A stretch of 64,000 bases of DNA from Squalus acanthias. Its lineage: Eukaryota. The position numbers and the translations under genes were made by a program. Shown here piece by piece: positions 1-12,282 of the stretch (its first letter is position 1; every line of letters starts with the position of its first letter). Where the stretch lies: NCBI GenBank assembly GCA_030390025.1, contig JASTWF010000332.1:248001-312000 (forward strand), in the 5' to 3' direction. The notes beneath the pieces are model-generated. The model had not been told where the DNA came from, did not search any database, and saw only the letters and a list, made by a program, of their open reading frames with translations.

Positions 1-454
1 ACTAAGGCTTTGGTCATATTCTGCAGCAATGCACCTCCACAATTTGAAGATCAGCCTTTGAGTTAACAAAGTCAAACAGTTTGTTCATTAGGATAATCGG
101 AGTAGTTTTGTTTCAACTTCAACGCTTCACTCAAGGTGTACTTCTCTTTTTATAAAAAAAAAGAACAGCTTGGCAATTGCTCCTTTAAATCACTTTCAAT
201 ATTTCAACCTCTTCCATGCAAAGCAGAACCATCTGGATCCGACTGAAAGGTGTCCTTGTGTAGCTCATTGGCCACTGCACAGATCTGCTCAGTGGTGTAG
301 CTGGGAATGGAAGTTTGGCCATGCTCCAACTTATGGACAGGCAAAGACCAAAGGTCTGACATCTCCCACAAATCATGCGTGTTATATTGTACAAATAATT
401 CAAGTTGCTGCTGGGTTTTAAATGCTGCGGTCGCCCAATTAACCTAACAGACAG

Positions 455-1458
455 TGTTGAAACTAGTGGGGTACCGCAGGGATCGGTGCTAGGACCGCAG
501 CTATTCACAATATATATTAATGATCTAGACGAGGGAACTAGATGTAATATCTCCAAGTTTGCAGACGACACAAAGCTGGGTGGGCGAGTGTGCTGTGAGG
601 AGGATGCAGAGAAACTCCAGTATGATTTGGACAGGTTGGGTGATTATACTGCATCTGCCCAATGTGGATAAATGCGAGGTTATCTACTTTGGTGGCAAAA
701 ACAGGAAGGCAGATTATTATCTGAACGGCAATAGATTGGGAAAAGGGGAAGTGCAACGAGACCTGGGTGTCCTTGTGCACCAGTCGCTGAAGGTAAGCAT
801 GCAAGTGCAGCAGGCGGTTAAGAAGGCAAATGGTATGTTGGCCTTCATAGCGAGAGGATTCGAGTACAGGAGCAAGGATGTCTTGCTGCAGTTGTACAGG
901 GCCTTGGTGAGACCACACCGAGTATTGTGTGCAGTTTTGGTCGCCTTATCTGAGGAAGGATGTTCTTGCCATGGAGAGAGAGAAGATTCACCAGACTGAT
1001 ACTTGGGATGGCAGGAATGACGTATGAAGAGAGATTGGGTCGATTAGGCTTATATTCGCTAGAGCTTAGAAGAATGAGAGGGGATCTCATTGAAACTTAT
1101 AAAATTCTAACAGGACTAGACAGACTAGATGCAGGAAGGATGTTCCCGATGGCAGGGGAGTCCAGAACCAAGGGTCACAGTCTAAGGATAAGAGGTAAGC
1201 CATTTAGGACTGAGATGAGGAGGAATTTCTTCACCCAGAGAGTGGTGAACCTGTGGAATTCTCTACCACAGAAGGCAGTTGAGGCCAATTCATTAAATAT
1301 ATTCAAGAAGGTGTTAGATATATTTCTTAAGGCTAAGGGGATCAAGGGATATGGGGAGAAAGCAGGGACAGGGTACTGAATTTGGATGATCAGCCATGAT
1401 CTCATTAAATGGCAGAACAGGCTCGAGGAGCCGAATGGCCTACTCCTGCTCCTATCTT
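455..1458 (+). mobile_element. CR1-clade LINE, 5'-truncated (RT C-terminus + 3' UTR), frameshifted
   Basis: ORF pieces [33 protein letters not shown] and RRMRGDLIETYKIL...FFTQRVVNLWNSLP; CR1-type tail GATCAGCCATGATC...GAATGGCCTACTCCTGCTCCT. Confidence 0.95.
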
Positions 1459-1479
1459 AAACACAGGTCGGTACTTTTA

Positions 1480-2252
1480 CAATGACAATTTGCATTTATC
1501 TAGCGCCTTTAATGTAGTAAAACATCCCAAGGCCCTTCACAGGTGCGTAATCAGACAAAAATTGACACGGAGCCCAAGAAGGAGGCATTAGGACAAGTGA
1601 CCAAATGCTTGGTCAAAAGAGGTAGGTTTTATGCCGAGTCTTAAAAGGAAAAAGAGAGGTGGATAGGCGATGAGGTTTGGTGTGCGAATTCCAGAGCTTA
1701 GGTCCCAGATGGCTGAAGGCACAACCGCCAATGGTGGGCCGAAGGAAATGGGGGATGCACAAGAGGCCAGAGCTGGAGGAATGTAGAGTTTTCTGAGCAT
1801 TGTAGGGCTGGAGGAGGTTACAGAGATAGGGGTTTGAAAACAAGGATGAGAATTTTAAATCAAGGCGTTGATGAACTGGGAACCAATGTAGGTCAGCGAG
1901 CACAGGGGTGATGAGTGAATCAGGATACATGCAATAGCATTTTGGATGAGCTAAAGTTTATGGAGGGTGGAAGATGGGAGGCCGGCCAGGAGAGCATTGG
2001 GATAGTGGAGTCTGGAAGTAAAAGCAAGGATGAGGGTTTTAGCAGCAGATGGGCTGAGGCGAGGCGGAGACGGGCAATATTACAGAGGTGGAGGTAAGGG
2101 GTCTTTGTGATTGAGGATATGGGGTCGGAAGCTCAACTCAGGGTCAAATGGGATGCTGAGGTTGCAAACAGTCTGGTTCAGCCCCAAGACAGTGGCCAGG
2201 AAGGGGGATGAAATCGGTGGCTAAGGAACTGACTTTGTGGCAGAGGGCCGAA
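1480..2252 (-). mobile_element. L2-clade LINE 3' fragment
   Basis: Minus-strand peptide ITPVLADLHWFPVHQR...PTIGGCAFSHLGPKLWNS...KTYLF; 3' end matches the L2 at 30832-32701. Confidence 0.9.
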
Positions 2253-2356
2253 GTCAATTAGAGGTTCACCTCCCTTCTGCACACGTTATCCGTCTCTTAC
2301 CATTATTCTGATCACCCTTTCTTGTGACTGGTCTCCCTCGTGGTAAATTCCTTATA

Positions 2357-2681
2357 CAGGAAACTCTTTGGTATCCGGCACCGATGGGACCGGCGTGGTG
2401 CCGGTTGATCAAAAGTTCCGGATAACGGAGAGTTATATCTACCGAGGCTATTTTTAACAAACAAAAATAAAAAAAATCAAGAAATGTGCAGTATACAGTA
2501 TTTGGGTACCAGGAGGCCGAGTAGTGGCACTTTGGAGAACTACCCCCGCTGACTAACTCGGCGTTCGCGGGAGACTCGGACACATTGCCAGTTATTTGAG
2601 AGGAGTTTTCGGAGGATGATTTTTGCCGGTTAAGAGAGAGAATTCCGGATATTTAGGTGCCGGTTAAACAAGAGTTTCCTG
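2357..2681. mobile_element. Tc1/mariner (pogo/Tigger-like) MITE, 325 bp
   Basis: 26-bp TIRs (CAGGAAACTCTTTGGTATCCGGCACC vs reverse complement CAGGAAACTCTTGTTTAACCGGCACC, 22/26 identical), TA on both flanks, no transposase-like ORF. Confidence 0.85.
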
Positions 2682-3486
2682 TAATTGCTAATTCCCGGTG
2701 TTAAAACTAAAAGGAAATGGGATTGCAAGAGCGGGACAAGATTCTACCTGGAACAGGGTATAATGCTTTTGATGGATGAGGGTGCTGACAAGATTTCAAT
2801 GAAAAAAAGTGCACGGAGAAATTTTATGGCACAATAACGGAGACACCCTAAGGCTTCCTACCATGAAAGGCTTTTGACGAATAACCTTTGTAAATAGAAT
2901 AAAATAAAAATGGAAAACTTTTTTTAAAAAAGGAACAAAATTAATTTGGCAAGAAAATCACCCGTTGAATTTTCAAAAGAACAATCACTTGTCCTCAGAA
3001 TAGGAGAAGTTCTTTGAGAAAAGCGTTCACAATTTACACAAGCCAGAAACCTTCATCACAGCACCTTTTCCCATCTAATCCATCTCTGAAGAACTGAGCC
3101 TAGCAGTGCACCATTACATTTCATGCAAATAATTAGGGCAGGCCATCACCAAGATTTAATCCAGATCCTAAACAGATGGTTATGATTTATGTTATAATTA
3201 TAGTTAATGACAGCCTATTTCTGCACCTCATGCAAATTGTCTGTTCAGAATCTTTACATCGGCTGGTAGATGCGGATCCAAGACAACATCTTCATTCACT
3301 CAGAGAATGAGACCTTCCATTTTCTGATGATATCGATTAGTTCCGGTCCCTTAAGTCAGCATCAAATTTACTGATTCAAGCTTCACTTAAGGTTTGGATC
3401 ATTGTCATCGGATTAGAGAGTGAATAATGTTGAGTAGTAGACCAACGTCTTCCATTTAAAAAGCTTTTCAAGTTCGCATAGTGAAG

Positions 3487-3958
3487 TAAAGAAAGAAATT
3501 GCATTTATATAGCGCCTTTCATGACCTCAGGACGTCCCAAAGCACTTTAGAACCAATGATGTACTTTTGAAGTACAGTCACTGTCGTAACATCGGAAACG
3601 CTGCAGCCAACTTGCGCACAGCAAGCTCCCACAAACAGCAATGTGATAATGACCAGAAAATCTCTTTTTAGTGATGTTGATTGAAGGATAAATATTGGCC
3701 CCAGGACACCAGGGAGAACTCCCCTACTCTTCTTCGAAATAGTGCCATGGGATCTTTAATGTCCACCTGAGAGAACAGACAGGGCCTCGGTTTAACGTCT
3801 CGTCTGCAGGACGGCACCTCCGACAGTGCAGCACTCCCTCAGCACTGCACTGGAGTGTCAGCCTAGATTTTTTTTTGCTCAAGTCTCTGGAGTGGGACTT
3901 GAACCCACAACCATTTGACCCAGAGATGAGAGTACAACCCACTGAGCCACGGCTGGAC
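3487..3958 (-). mobile_element. DeuSINE (SacSINE1/AmnSINE1-like), near full length
   Basis: tRNA-like head (GTGGCTCAGTGG...GGTTCAAGTCCC), Deu-type core, L2-like tail AAAGGCGCTATATAAATGCAA; about 12 homologous copies in the window. Confidence 0.85.
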
Positions 3959-5069
3959 AGTTTATCTGAAAGACGGAAGTAGGATGTGAAATGCAGGCAC
4001 TGAACCCTTCGCAGAGTCAATTCCTACTACAATGGGGTTTTTCTAGAAAGTAAAGAAGATGGGATGAGAGAGTCAGATTCTATCGCTCAGATTCCACCAG
4101 TAGTCAGTAATCGCTGGTTCCTCACTGCCCATCCTCTTGGTTTCAGAAGGATAGATGACAAAGGAAAACCTGACCTAGGAAAATGTTTCTTAAAAAATAT
4201 ATATACGCAGAGAGAGAGATTAGACATTAACTTCTACTTCCAACCCCAATATATACACATCAGAAGAGACGCATAAAAATTACAGCCTTTGTACAGGCTG
4301 ACATTGTGGAAATGTTGGGAAGGAGATTTAAGCAATTAACAGAGCTGACCGACTTTTATGAACCATTTAAAAGAGGAGAGCAATTTTAGTTTAAAAGTAG
4401 ATGCATCGAAACAATCGCAGTTTAGAATGAAGATTTGTGAGCCTCACTGCGAATGCGCGAGACTGGACAGATCGGACTGCTCACAATTCTAAATGTAGTT
4501 GTGACCCACATGCTGGACATCTTAGACAATTCCCCTTTGATCCTTTTTGAGTACTGAACAGTTTTTGAAGCTTTATATGTACCACTGACCAAAGAACAAG
4601 CTATCTTGATCGCTTAGAACACTGGACCAGACAAGCATCGGCCATATCTACAGGATAATGTTGTTTGCCAGCTAATTTGCTGTCAACTACTATTCCTACT
4701 TTAACATCCATTCAAATCAGCAAAAAAATCAGATTTGGTGTTTGGTAGGAGTTACTCGTTAGGTTTCCTGACCTTGTATATACACTGAGCGGAGGAAATT
4801 CTCAGATGAGTTGGTATTTCAAGACCTCGTAATAAATGACGACGAATTATTTGACGATACCAAACTAGTCAGACAAACTAAGATATTGGAAATGTTCAAA
4901 CAACAGTTTAATGTTATTGATCAAGAAACTGACATTGCTGGCTTTAGGTTCAGGATCTTTGTTCTAAAGTCTGCCTGTCAAATCATACTACCTGGCACAG
5001 TTATAGAAAAAAAATAGTCTAGGCAAATTACTGGCAGATGTTTCCTTCCAACAATTTAAAAAAAAAATG

Positions 5070-6146
5070 ACTGTCACTCATTTCTTGTGACATAGGTCAG
5101 TAATTGGTTGGGAGTTAGGAGACAGAGAGTAGGGATAAAGGGAATATACTCTGATTAGCGGGATGTGACAAGTGGTGTTCCCCAGGGATCTGTACTGGGG
5201 CCTCAGCTTTTCACCATAGATATCAATGACTTGGATGAAGGAATCAAAGTTTGCAGATAACACCGAGTTAGGAGGCACGGTAACTTGTGCAGATGGGAGC
5301 AGGAAGTTACCAAGGGACATGGACAGATTAGGTGAGTAGGCAAAACTATGGCAGATGGAGTTCAATGTGGGGAAGTGCGAGGTCATCCACATTGGATTCA
5401 AGACAGACAAATTGGAACATTTTCTTAATAGTGAGGGACTAAGAACTGTGGAATAGCAAAGGGGTTTGGGTGTCCTTGTACACAAATCACTAAAAGCTAG
5501 GGCACAGGTGCAAAAGGCTAATGGAATCTTAGCCCTTATTTTAAGAAGGCTGGACTAAAATAGAGAAATAGGTTATTCTTCAGTTGTACAGATCCCATCT
5601 GGAGTACCAGTACTTTAGTTTTTAGCACCGCAACTTAGGAAGGATATATTGGCTTTGGAGGGAGAAAGGCACAGATCCACCGGAATGATATCACGGCTTA
5701 AAGGGTTAAATTAGGAGGACAGGTTGCATAAACTTAGTTTGCATTCCCTTGAGTTGAGAAGGTTACTGGGTGATCTAATCAAGGTCTTTAAACTTATAAA
5801 AGGATTTAATAGATAGATAGAAACTATTTCATCTAGTGGGGAATCCAGAACAAGGGGGCACAATCTAATAATTAGAACTAGGCTGTTCAGCAGTGAGATC
5901 TGGATGCATTTTTTCCACACACAGGGCAGTGGAAATCTGGGATTCCTTCCCCAAAAAGGCTGTGGATGGTGGGTCAATTGAAATTTGCAAGACTGAGATC
6001 GATAGATTTTTTTTTATTAGGTAAGGGTATCAAGAGATATGTATCAAAGGCAGGTAAAAGGAGTTGAGGTACAGATCAGCCATGATCTAATCAAAGGGAA
6101 AAACAGACTCGAGGAGCTGAATGGCCTCCTCCAGTTCCTATGTATG
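5070..6146 (+). mobile_element. CR1-clade LINE 3' fragment, degenerate
   Basis: Codes for [15 protein letters not shown] and [12 protein letters not shown] motifs; tail GATCAGCCATGATCTAAT...GAATGGCCTCCTCC. Confidence 0.9.
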
Positions 6147-6503
6147 TACAGAGAAACCCCGACACTGACAAAAAAAACCTCAAACACAGCAGTCAGAATG
6201 TCTGTAACCTAAGACTTAAAAAATAACCTTATCAATCACACTTAAATAAAGAAAGCCTGGCATTTTATCCTGGGTTCAGATGTACAGCCTGAAGGGTAAT
6301 TCATTTCTGATTGACCTCACCCTACACATTTCCTTCACTAAATAATGAAACTATGACTGGCTTGAGGCTCCATTTACTTAACAATTAAACTTTGTGGGCG
6401 TAAAGGGACACCTTAGCAGCAAAATATCACATTATACGATGTAACACACAGTGTTCATGTTCTTATGAAACAAGGGATCTACTGACTTAGCGTGAGATCT
6501 GAT

Positions 6504-6504
<1 letters not shown>

Positions 6505-6554
<50 letters not shown>
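6505..6554 (+). repeat. Compound microsatellite (TAGA)9(CAGA)3
   Basis: Direct reading. Confidence 0.95.
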
Positions 6555-6569
6555 ATTACTCACACACAC

Positions 6570-6735
6570 AAAACTGGTTCACTAATGTCCTTCAGGGAAA
6601 AGGAACCTGCCACCCCTACTCAGCCTGGTTGACATGCAACTCCAGTCCGCACTGTGGTTGATTCAATGTCCTCAGGGCAGCTAGCGATGGGCAATAAATG
6701 CTGCCTTGTCAGTGTTGCCTACATCCTAAGAACAA
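6570..6735 (+). mobile_element. SINE-like fragment with a LINE-derived 3' tail
   Basis: Tail GATGGGCAATAAATGCTGCCTTG shared with the LINE end at 29790-30050, upstream body different. Confidence 0.6.
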
Positions 6736-7409
6736 ATTTAAAAATCAACACACACACAAACACACACACAGAAATTAGTCCAACTGAGAGATTTAATATA
6801 CTTCAATGATGGTGACAGTAGAAACTTCGCGCTTCCACCATTGACTGCCAATATGAAGTAGGGGAACTCCAGAGACCTCACAGCTTTGAAGACATGCATG
6901 TTCATGAGTCCCATAAGCAACTGGCTATCTGCACTTACTTTTTTAGAATTAATTATTTTTTTGAGCAGCAGTGGCACCGACGAACATACACAGGGAGTAA
7001 AGACTCCCAGAGGTCATGGGTCTCTGATCGCTGTTTCTCCAGGGTCACGTATATAAATATCAAAATGCATCTTTTCTTGCATTACCACAACGCTTGCTTC
7101 TGAGCAGGTTACTCCTGCTGAGTTTACATTGCCCAGCTAATATCAGCACCAAGTGTAACAGTTGATGCAATACCCAAGGTCATTCTAGGACTGCATATAG
7201 ATCTGTGCAAGTTACACTCAACAGGTCACAGTTATGATGCTGAAATTCCTCTAGTTGAAGGAATGCCTCAGACTTATTTGCTCTTTTCTCTCTAGTTTGT
7301 AAGCCACTTGTGTAGCTCTTTCTCATACTGCTGTAACCATGAACCCTGCCAGGGACAATGCCACAATCCTGAGCATAGCATGTAAACACAAGAGCTGAAA
7401 ACCAAACAG

Positions 7410-8035
7410 AGCCATAGAAGTTTGTGGCACAGAAGGTGGCCATGCCCACCACATCTGTGCCAATCCTTTTCTAGAGCAATCCAAACCCGATCCCACTGCT
7501 CCCTGTAAGCCCAGTATCACGTTCTACTTCAAAGGTTTAACCAACTTTCTCTTTAAAAATACAATGGTCTCGGTTTCCACCACTCCTTGTGGCAAAACTA
7601 TCCATGCTCCAACAGCTCACTGCTTAAAGAAGTTGCTCCAAACTTCTCTCTCCTCATTCTCAGCATTCATTTGAAATTGATGAACCCGTGTTACTGATTC
7701 CCCAACCTGAGGAAATGGTCTTTCCCATTCACTAGCAAAACCCTTCACAATTGAAAATTGCCATTAAATCTCCTCTTGACCTTCTCTGCTCCAGTGGAAG
7801 TAGCTCAGCATCTCAAGTCTCTATCAGAACAATAGCTTCCCATCTTTGGCAGCTTCCTGGTGATCTTTTTCTGTACACGCACTATGGCTTTAACATCCTT
7901 TCTATAATGGAGTGTCCAAACCTGTATACATTACTCGAACTGTATCCTAACCAATGCTTTGAATAAATGCATCATTCACTCTTGTACACAACGTCCTTAT
8001 TCCTAAAATCCAAATTGCTTTTACTACCTGCACTT
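7410..8035 (-). mobile_element. Old CR1 LINE 3' fragment
   Basis: Degenerate similarity to the other CR1 3' ends (TTAAATCTCCTCTTGACCTTCTCTGCTCCA; CACAGAAGGTGGCCAT tail). Confidence 0.75.
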
Positions 8036-8088
8036 TCACATAATCATCAACTGAATGTTAATTATTAAAAAAATAATGCAGTCATTCC

Positions 8089-8795
8089 AGCTCCCCTGTG
8101 GCTCAGTTGGTGAATGTACTGTATAAGGTTGAGCTGTTCAGACCAAGAAAGTCCCAGGTGTGATTACCTTGGTTACACAAAGCCATCATCTCCACGTTCA
8201 TGGATAGGATTGAGTTGCCTTAGGAGAGGTTTCCCCTTCAAATGTCAAGGTTAATTAGGGGAAGGGGCATGTGGTTTAAAATTTAAGTACCCAACAGATG
8301 TGCTCCATTTCTTTGCTGTATTAGCTGATGTCAGGCCAGGATAAATGATTGGGACCCTACAGTTGCTTCAGTACTCCACCACTGGGGGTTTTCCTCATGT
8401 CATGTCTGGGTCTGCTGTAGACTGATTGATAGAGATTGATTGCTATGATTGGTCAGCAACTCCATCATCTTTGTGCCATGCCACTAACAGGATGTAGGTG
8501 TTGAACCAGATGGACCTCGGTCTTTTTTCAATCTAGCAATTCCTACGCTCCTGGGATAGGGAATGGAAAATCAGTCGTGGTTACTAGCCAGGATAGAAAG
8601 TGCATGAGTGGGCACGCAATGAAAACAGGTTCCAGCTCGAGTTGGATGTTGTCCCCTGCTCTCTGTACTAAGGTTGAATACCCAACCAAAGCTCACTGTC
8701 TAGGGTCAGCCGTTATGAATGGACGCTTAGACAAGATGCGGGTGGTTGCCTGGTGAAGCCGGCCCCGACACGAGTCATTACCTTGGGTGGGAGGG
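8089..8795 (+). mobile_element. Old tRNA-derived SINE interrupted by CR1 3'-UTR pieces (about 8190-8280 and 8380-8552)
   Basis: Head GTGGCTCAGTTGGTG...GTCCCAGGTGTGATT; body similar to 38975-39300 (+) and 40225-40480 (-); inserted tail GAACCAGATGGACCTCGGTC...AATTCCTACGCTCCT. Confidence 0.5.
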
Positions 8796-9778
8796 GTGAC
8801 AAATAATAAAAACAGCCATGTCTTTGAAACCAGACAAATCGTCAGCCATAATCTGTGGAGGACGTGCATACTTCAGAAAGTAAAACCTTTTATCTGGTTT
8901 TGCTGCAATATAGCTACTGTAATCCTCAAAGGGTAATGGCGAGCATCATGCTGCATCTATACAGCCTCTAATTTCAAGTATGTAGAATCATTGAATGGTT
9001 ACAGCACAGGAGGAGGCCATTCGGCCCATCAAGCCTGTGCCGGATGTGGTGGCCATAATAAGCAAACACTGACTGGATGTTAACTGTACTGACAGTTGAA
9101 CTGGGAATACAACATCTATTCTCTGCTTTTTGTTCTGAACGAGAGATTGAGTTAACTCAGGAAAGGATGCAAATGCAGATCCATCCCGCCATCCCTTACA
9201 TTTTTCCAGGTCTATTTTGTAAACGGATACTTTTTTAAATCCTTCTCCCGCAGCAAAGATTGGGCAGCAAGCAGTCAATCTAATTAGACAAGGAGGTAAC
9301 TGGAGACATATGCTTGAAGGGAAAGTTAACTCTAGGGATAAGTACTCTGAAGATTTAAGTGTTTAACTACAGATGCGTTCCACATCAATCTTTTTTCTTT
9401 CTTATCCTACAAATTAAAATGAGGTCTTCTCCCATTTACTGCATTAAAAAGTCAAGTGGATGCACTCTGGGGATGACAAAAATTGGTTGCCATGCCTGCA
9501 AGGCTCTCTTGACTGACATAATTGGATGTCTGGGAGTACATGGAACACGTCTCTGGGGCAAGTACCGAATCTTCAAAGTACTTCTCCTTCCTCCGAGTAT
9601 CACTGATATTTAAGGGAGAAGCATCTTCTAAGGAATCATTTGTAAAAAGTAGAGCTAGGGGACGGAGGCAAAAGATTGCAATGTTGCAGAATCTGAAACT
9701 GTTCCCTCCAGAGCGGACAAACTACCTACTCCAAAAACAAAGGCTCCCCGAAAACGCCAAACAAAAAGGAGAAAAACG

Positions 9779-9953
9779 GGGCAGACGGCGCCTCGATTTA
9801 ACAACTCATCCGAAGAATGGCACCTCCGGCAGTGCAGCACTCCCTCAGTACTGCACTGAGGGTGTCAGGCGAGAGTTTGTGCTCAAGTCTCTGGAGTGGG
9901 ACTACAACCTTCTGACTCAGGTGAGAGCGCCACCGCTGAGCCACCGCTGATAC
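9779..9953 (-). mobile_element. DeuSINE 5' fragment
   Basis: Aligns to 3775-3955. Confidence 0.8.
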
Positions 9954-10349
9954 ACATTGAAGGATCAATTAACCACTGCTACGTGGGTTGCTGCTGAATT
10001 TGACCACCCTGAAGTATCCTAGTGGAGCCGGTTAACTTCAAAAATAATTCTACACGCATCAGAAATCAAGTTTTTTTCATTCATATCTAATTAGGTTCTG
10101 TACATTAAAACAGACGCTGAACCTAGCTGGAGCTGCATCAACAAGAAAAAGGATTCCAAAAGAAAATGGTGTTGAGGAACATTATTTAACCAGAAAGTTC
10201 AAATGAAAATTCCTGGACACCAAAAAGATGTTAAAGGACTAGGTGGAAACTAAAAGGTATGAAAAAAAAACAAACATTTTCAATGGCAGTATGAGTTTTG
10301 TTATGAGCTAGGTCACAGAAAATACTTACTATGCAAAATGAATTTGACA

Positions 10350-10491
10350 GCTGACCAGAAAATCAGGAGTTCAAGTTGCCAGGCTGCCTGTCTGTCTGAA
10401 TGCACTTGTCTAGTTGGGGCTGACCAGAAAATCAGGAGTTCAAGTTGCCAGGCTGCCTGTCTGTCTGAATGCACTTGTCTAGTTGGGGCTG
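10350..10491 (+). repeat. Perfect 69-bp tandem duplication
   Basis: GCTGACCAGAAAATCAGG...CTAGTTGGG repeated with period 69. Confidence 0.95.
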
Positions 10492-10494
10492 GTT

Positions 10495-10928
10495 TAGAAA
10501 CATAGAAACATAGAATCTAGGAGCAGGAGTAGGCCATTCGGCCCGTCGAGCCTGCTCCGCCATTCAATACGATCATGGCTGATCATCCAAATCCAGTACC
10601 CTGTCCCTGCTTTAATCCCCACAGTACACATATCCCACCCTACCCCCGTAACCCCACATATTTAATTCCCCCTAACATATCCCATCCTATCCCCATAACC
10701 CCACATATTTAATCCCCCCTAACACTAAGGGTCAATTTATCATAGCCAAATCAACCTAACCCACACATTTTTGGACTGTGGGAGGAAACCGGAGCACCCG
10801 GAGGAAACCCACGCAGACACGGGGAGAATGTGCAAACTCCACACAGACAGTCACCCGAGGTCAGATTCGAACCCGGGTCTCTGGCGCTGTGAGGCAGCAG
10901 TGCTAACCACTATGCCACCGTGTTGCCC
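10495..10928 (-). mobile_element. V-SINE (HE1-like), tail type A
   Basis: Pol III A box TGGCATAGTGG and B box GTTCGAATC; V-domain GTGTGGAGTTTGCACATTCTCCCCGTGTCTGCGTGGGTTTCCTCCGGG; CR1-derived tail ending in TTTCTATG repeats. Confidence 0.9.
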
Positions 10929-11402
10929 ATTAGTTCCCAGCTGGGCTGCCAGATGGAGAGCCAGAACACAAGGAGGGAATTTTAGTCTAGGCCCAGAGGG
11001 GGAAGTGGGGAGGGGAGAAGAGAATGGAGAGAAAATAAATGCGGTGGTAGCTGTAGATTATATTTAAATTTAATGGTCACTATTATATGTCCATGTTGAA
11101 CTCTTGTCAAGACATGGAATAGGTGTGCACCTCAGACATACTCTTCTTCCAGTAGAAATGAGAGAGGAAATAAGACAGCAACACTAACCAGTAGGACCAT
11201 AAGTAGGGAAGATCTCCTCATTTCCCAAACCAACTGATGCAAGGTCAAGATGAAACCAACTGCTTCAGTCACTAAAGCCGCATTGCTCCCAACACAGGCA
11301 AAAGCATGTGAAAAGAAATGGAATGCATCGATGCATTCCTCCAATGTATGAATCTACAATGGCTTGATAAAACGTCAGTGGGTGTCAGCTCTCAGAAATA
11401 CA

Positions 11403-11990
11403 GGGGTGAATTTTAACCCCCAAAAATCAGTGGGTTGGAATTGGGTGAGATGATAAAAATTTTAAAAATCTCAAACCTGACCCCAACCCACCCATTTCTG
11501 GGTTTAACGGAGGCAGGACAGGGGGTGGGCAGCTAACCTGCTCCCAAGAGGTGGGTTGGCAATTTAAATATTTTAATGAGGCCGGTATCCTTTGATTTAA
11601 CTGGCTTTGCAATTTTAACCCTGGCCTGCTCGGTTTGAAAGGCCTTGGGAAACCCGGCAGCTGAAGGGAGGCAAGGACAGTTTCGGGGAGAAGGTAAGTG
11701 CCTTTACAGCACTGCTTGTAGGCCAGGAGGAGCAGAAGTGCTTCCACCCCGGCATCCCCCAAGTTACCCCCCACCATACAAAGACCCCCGGGATCGGGGA
11801 ATCGGACCCGACCCCGGGGGTCGGGGATGGAAACCCCCACCCACACCCCCAAAGTTCCCAGTCGCAGCTGCAGGCTCCCTACTTGATCCAGCAGCCAGCT
11901 CTGGAGTTCTCCCCGCCCGACTGGAAGCCAGGTCTGTCAATCAGGCTGACTTCATGACGGGGAAGCTGTCAAGGAGAAAAATCACAGGCT
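11403..11990. mobile_element. Probable non-autonomous PIF/Harbinger-type element (right end unclear)
   Basis: Begins GGGGTGAATTTTAACCCC, similar to the GGG-NNN-AATTT termini of the other MITEs here; GC-rich interior. Confidence 0.4.
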
Positions 11991-12157
11991 GTGGAGTTAT
12001 AACTGTAGAGAGAGACCCCAAGTCAACGTTTCAGGTGCTCAACCCTTCCTCACAATTGGAAGATATTACAGAGGAAAAGCATTTAAAAGGCAACGGAACC
12101 AGGGAAAGGGGAAGGAGGTGGTTAAAAAACACACAACTACCGTGCGCACACGCAGGA

Positions 12158-12282
12158 AAAGAAAGACTTGCCTTTATTCAGGACGTCCCAAAGCTTTTGA
12201 AGTGTAGTCACTGTTGTAATGTAAGAAATGCGGCAACCAATTTGTGCTCAGCAAGGTCCCACAAACAGTAATGTAATAATGA
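12158..12282 (-). mobile_element. DeuSINE 3' fragment
   Basis: Aligns to 3490-3650. Confidence 0.75.

Noticed and set aside
4811..5017. ORF containing LFDDTKL as a gene
   Set aside because: It is short; the motif may be an eroded RT (FADDTKL) remnant or chance, and neither can be supported.
9452..9720. Possible minus-strand terminal coding exon (…NDSLEDASPLNISDTRRKEKYFEDS…QSAST*)
   Set aside because: The frame is open, but there is no convincing acceptor, no partner exons and no recognised homology; BLASTX or RNA-seq would be needed.
10850..10928. tRNA genes (A/B boxes here and at other SINE heads)
   Set aside because: The boxes continue into SINE bodies and tails; these are tRNA-derived SINE heads.
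10771..11067. Repeated ORF MDCGRKPEHPEETHADTGRMCKLH (also at 23585) as a gene family
   Set aside because: It is the antisense translation of the V-SINE central domain.
11645..12271. 208-aa ORF as a host gene
   Set aside because: It runs across a GC-rich repeat, a Penelope-like remnant and an antisense SINE, and has no recognisable domain.
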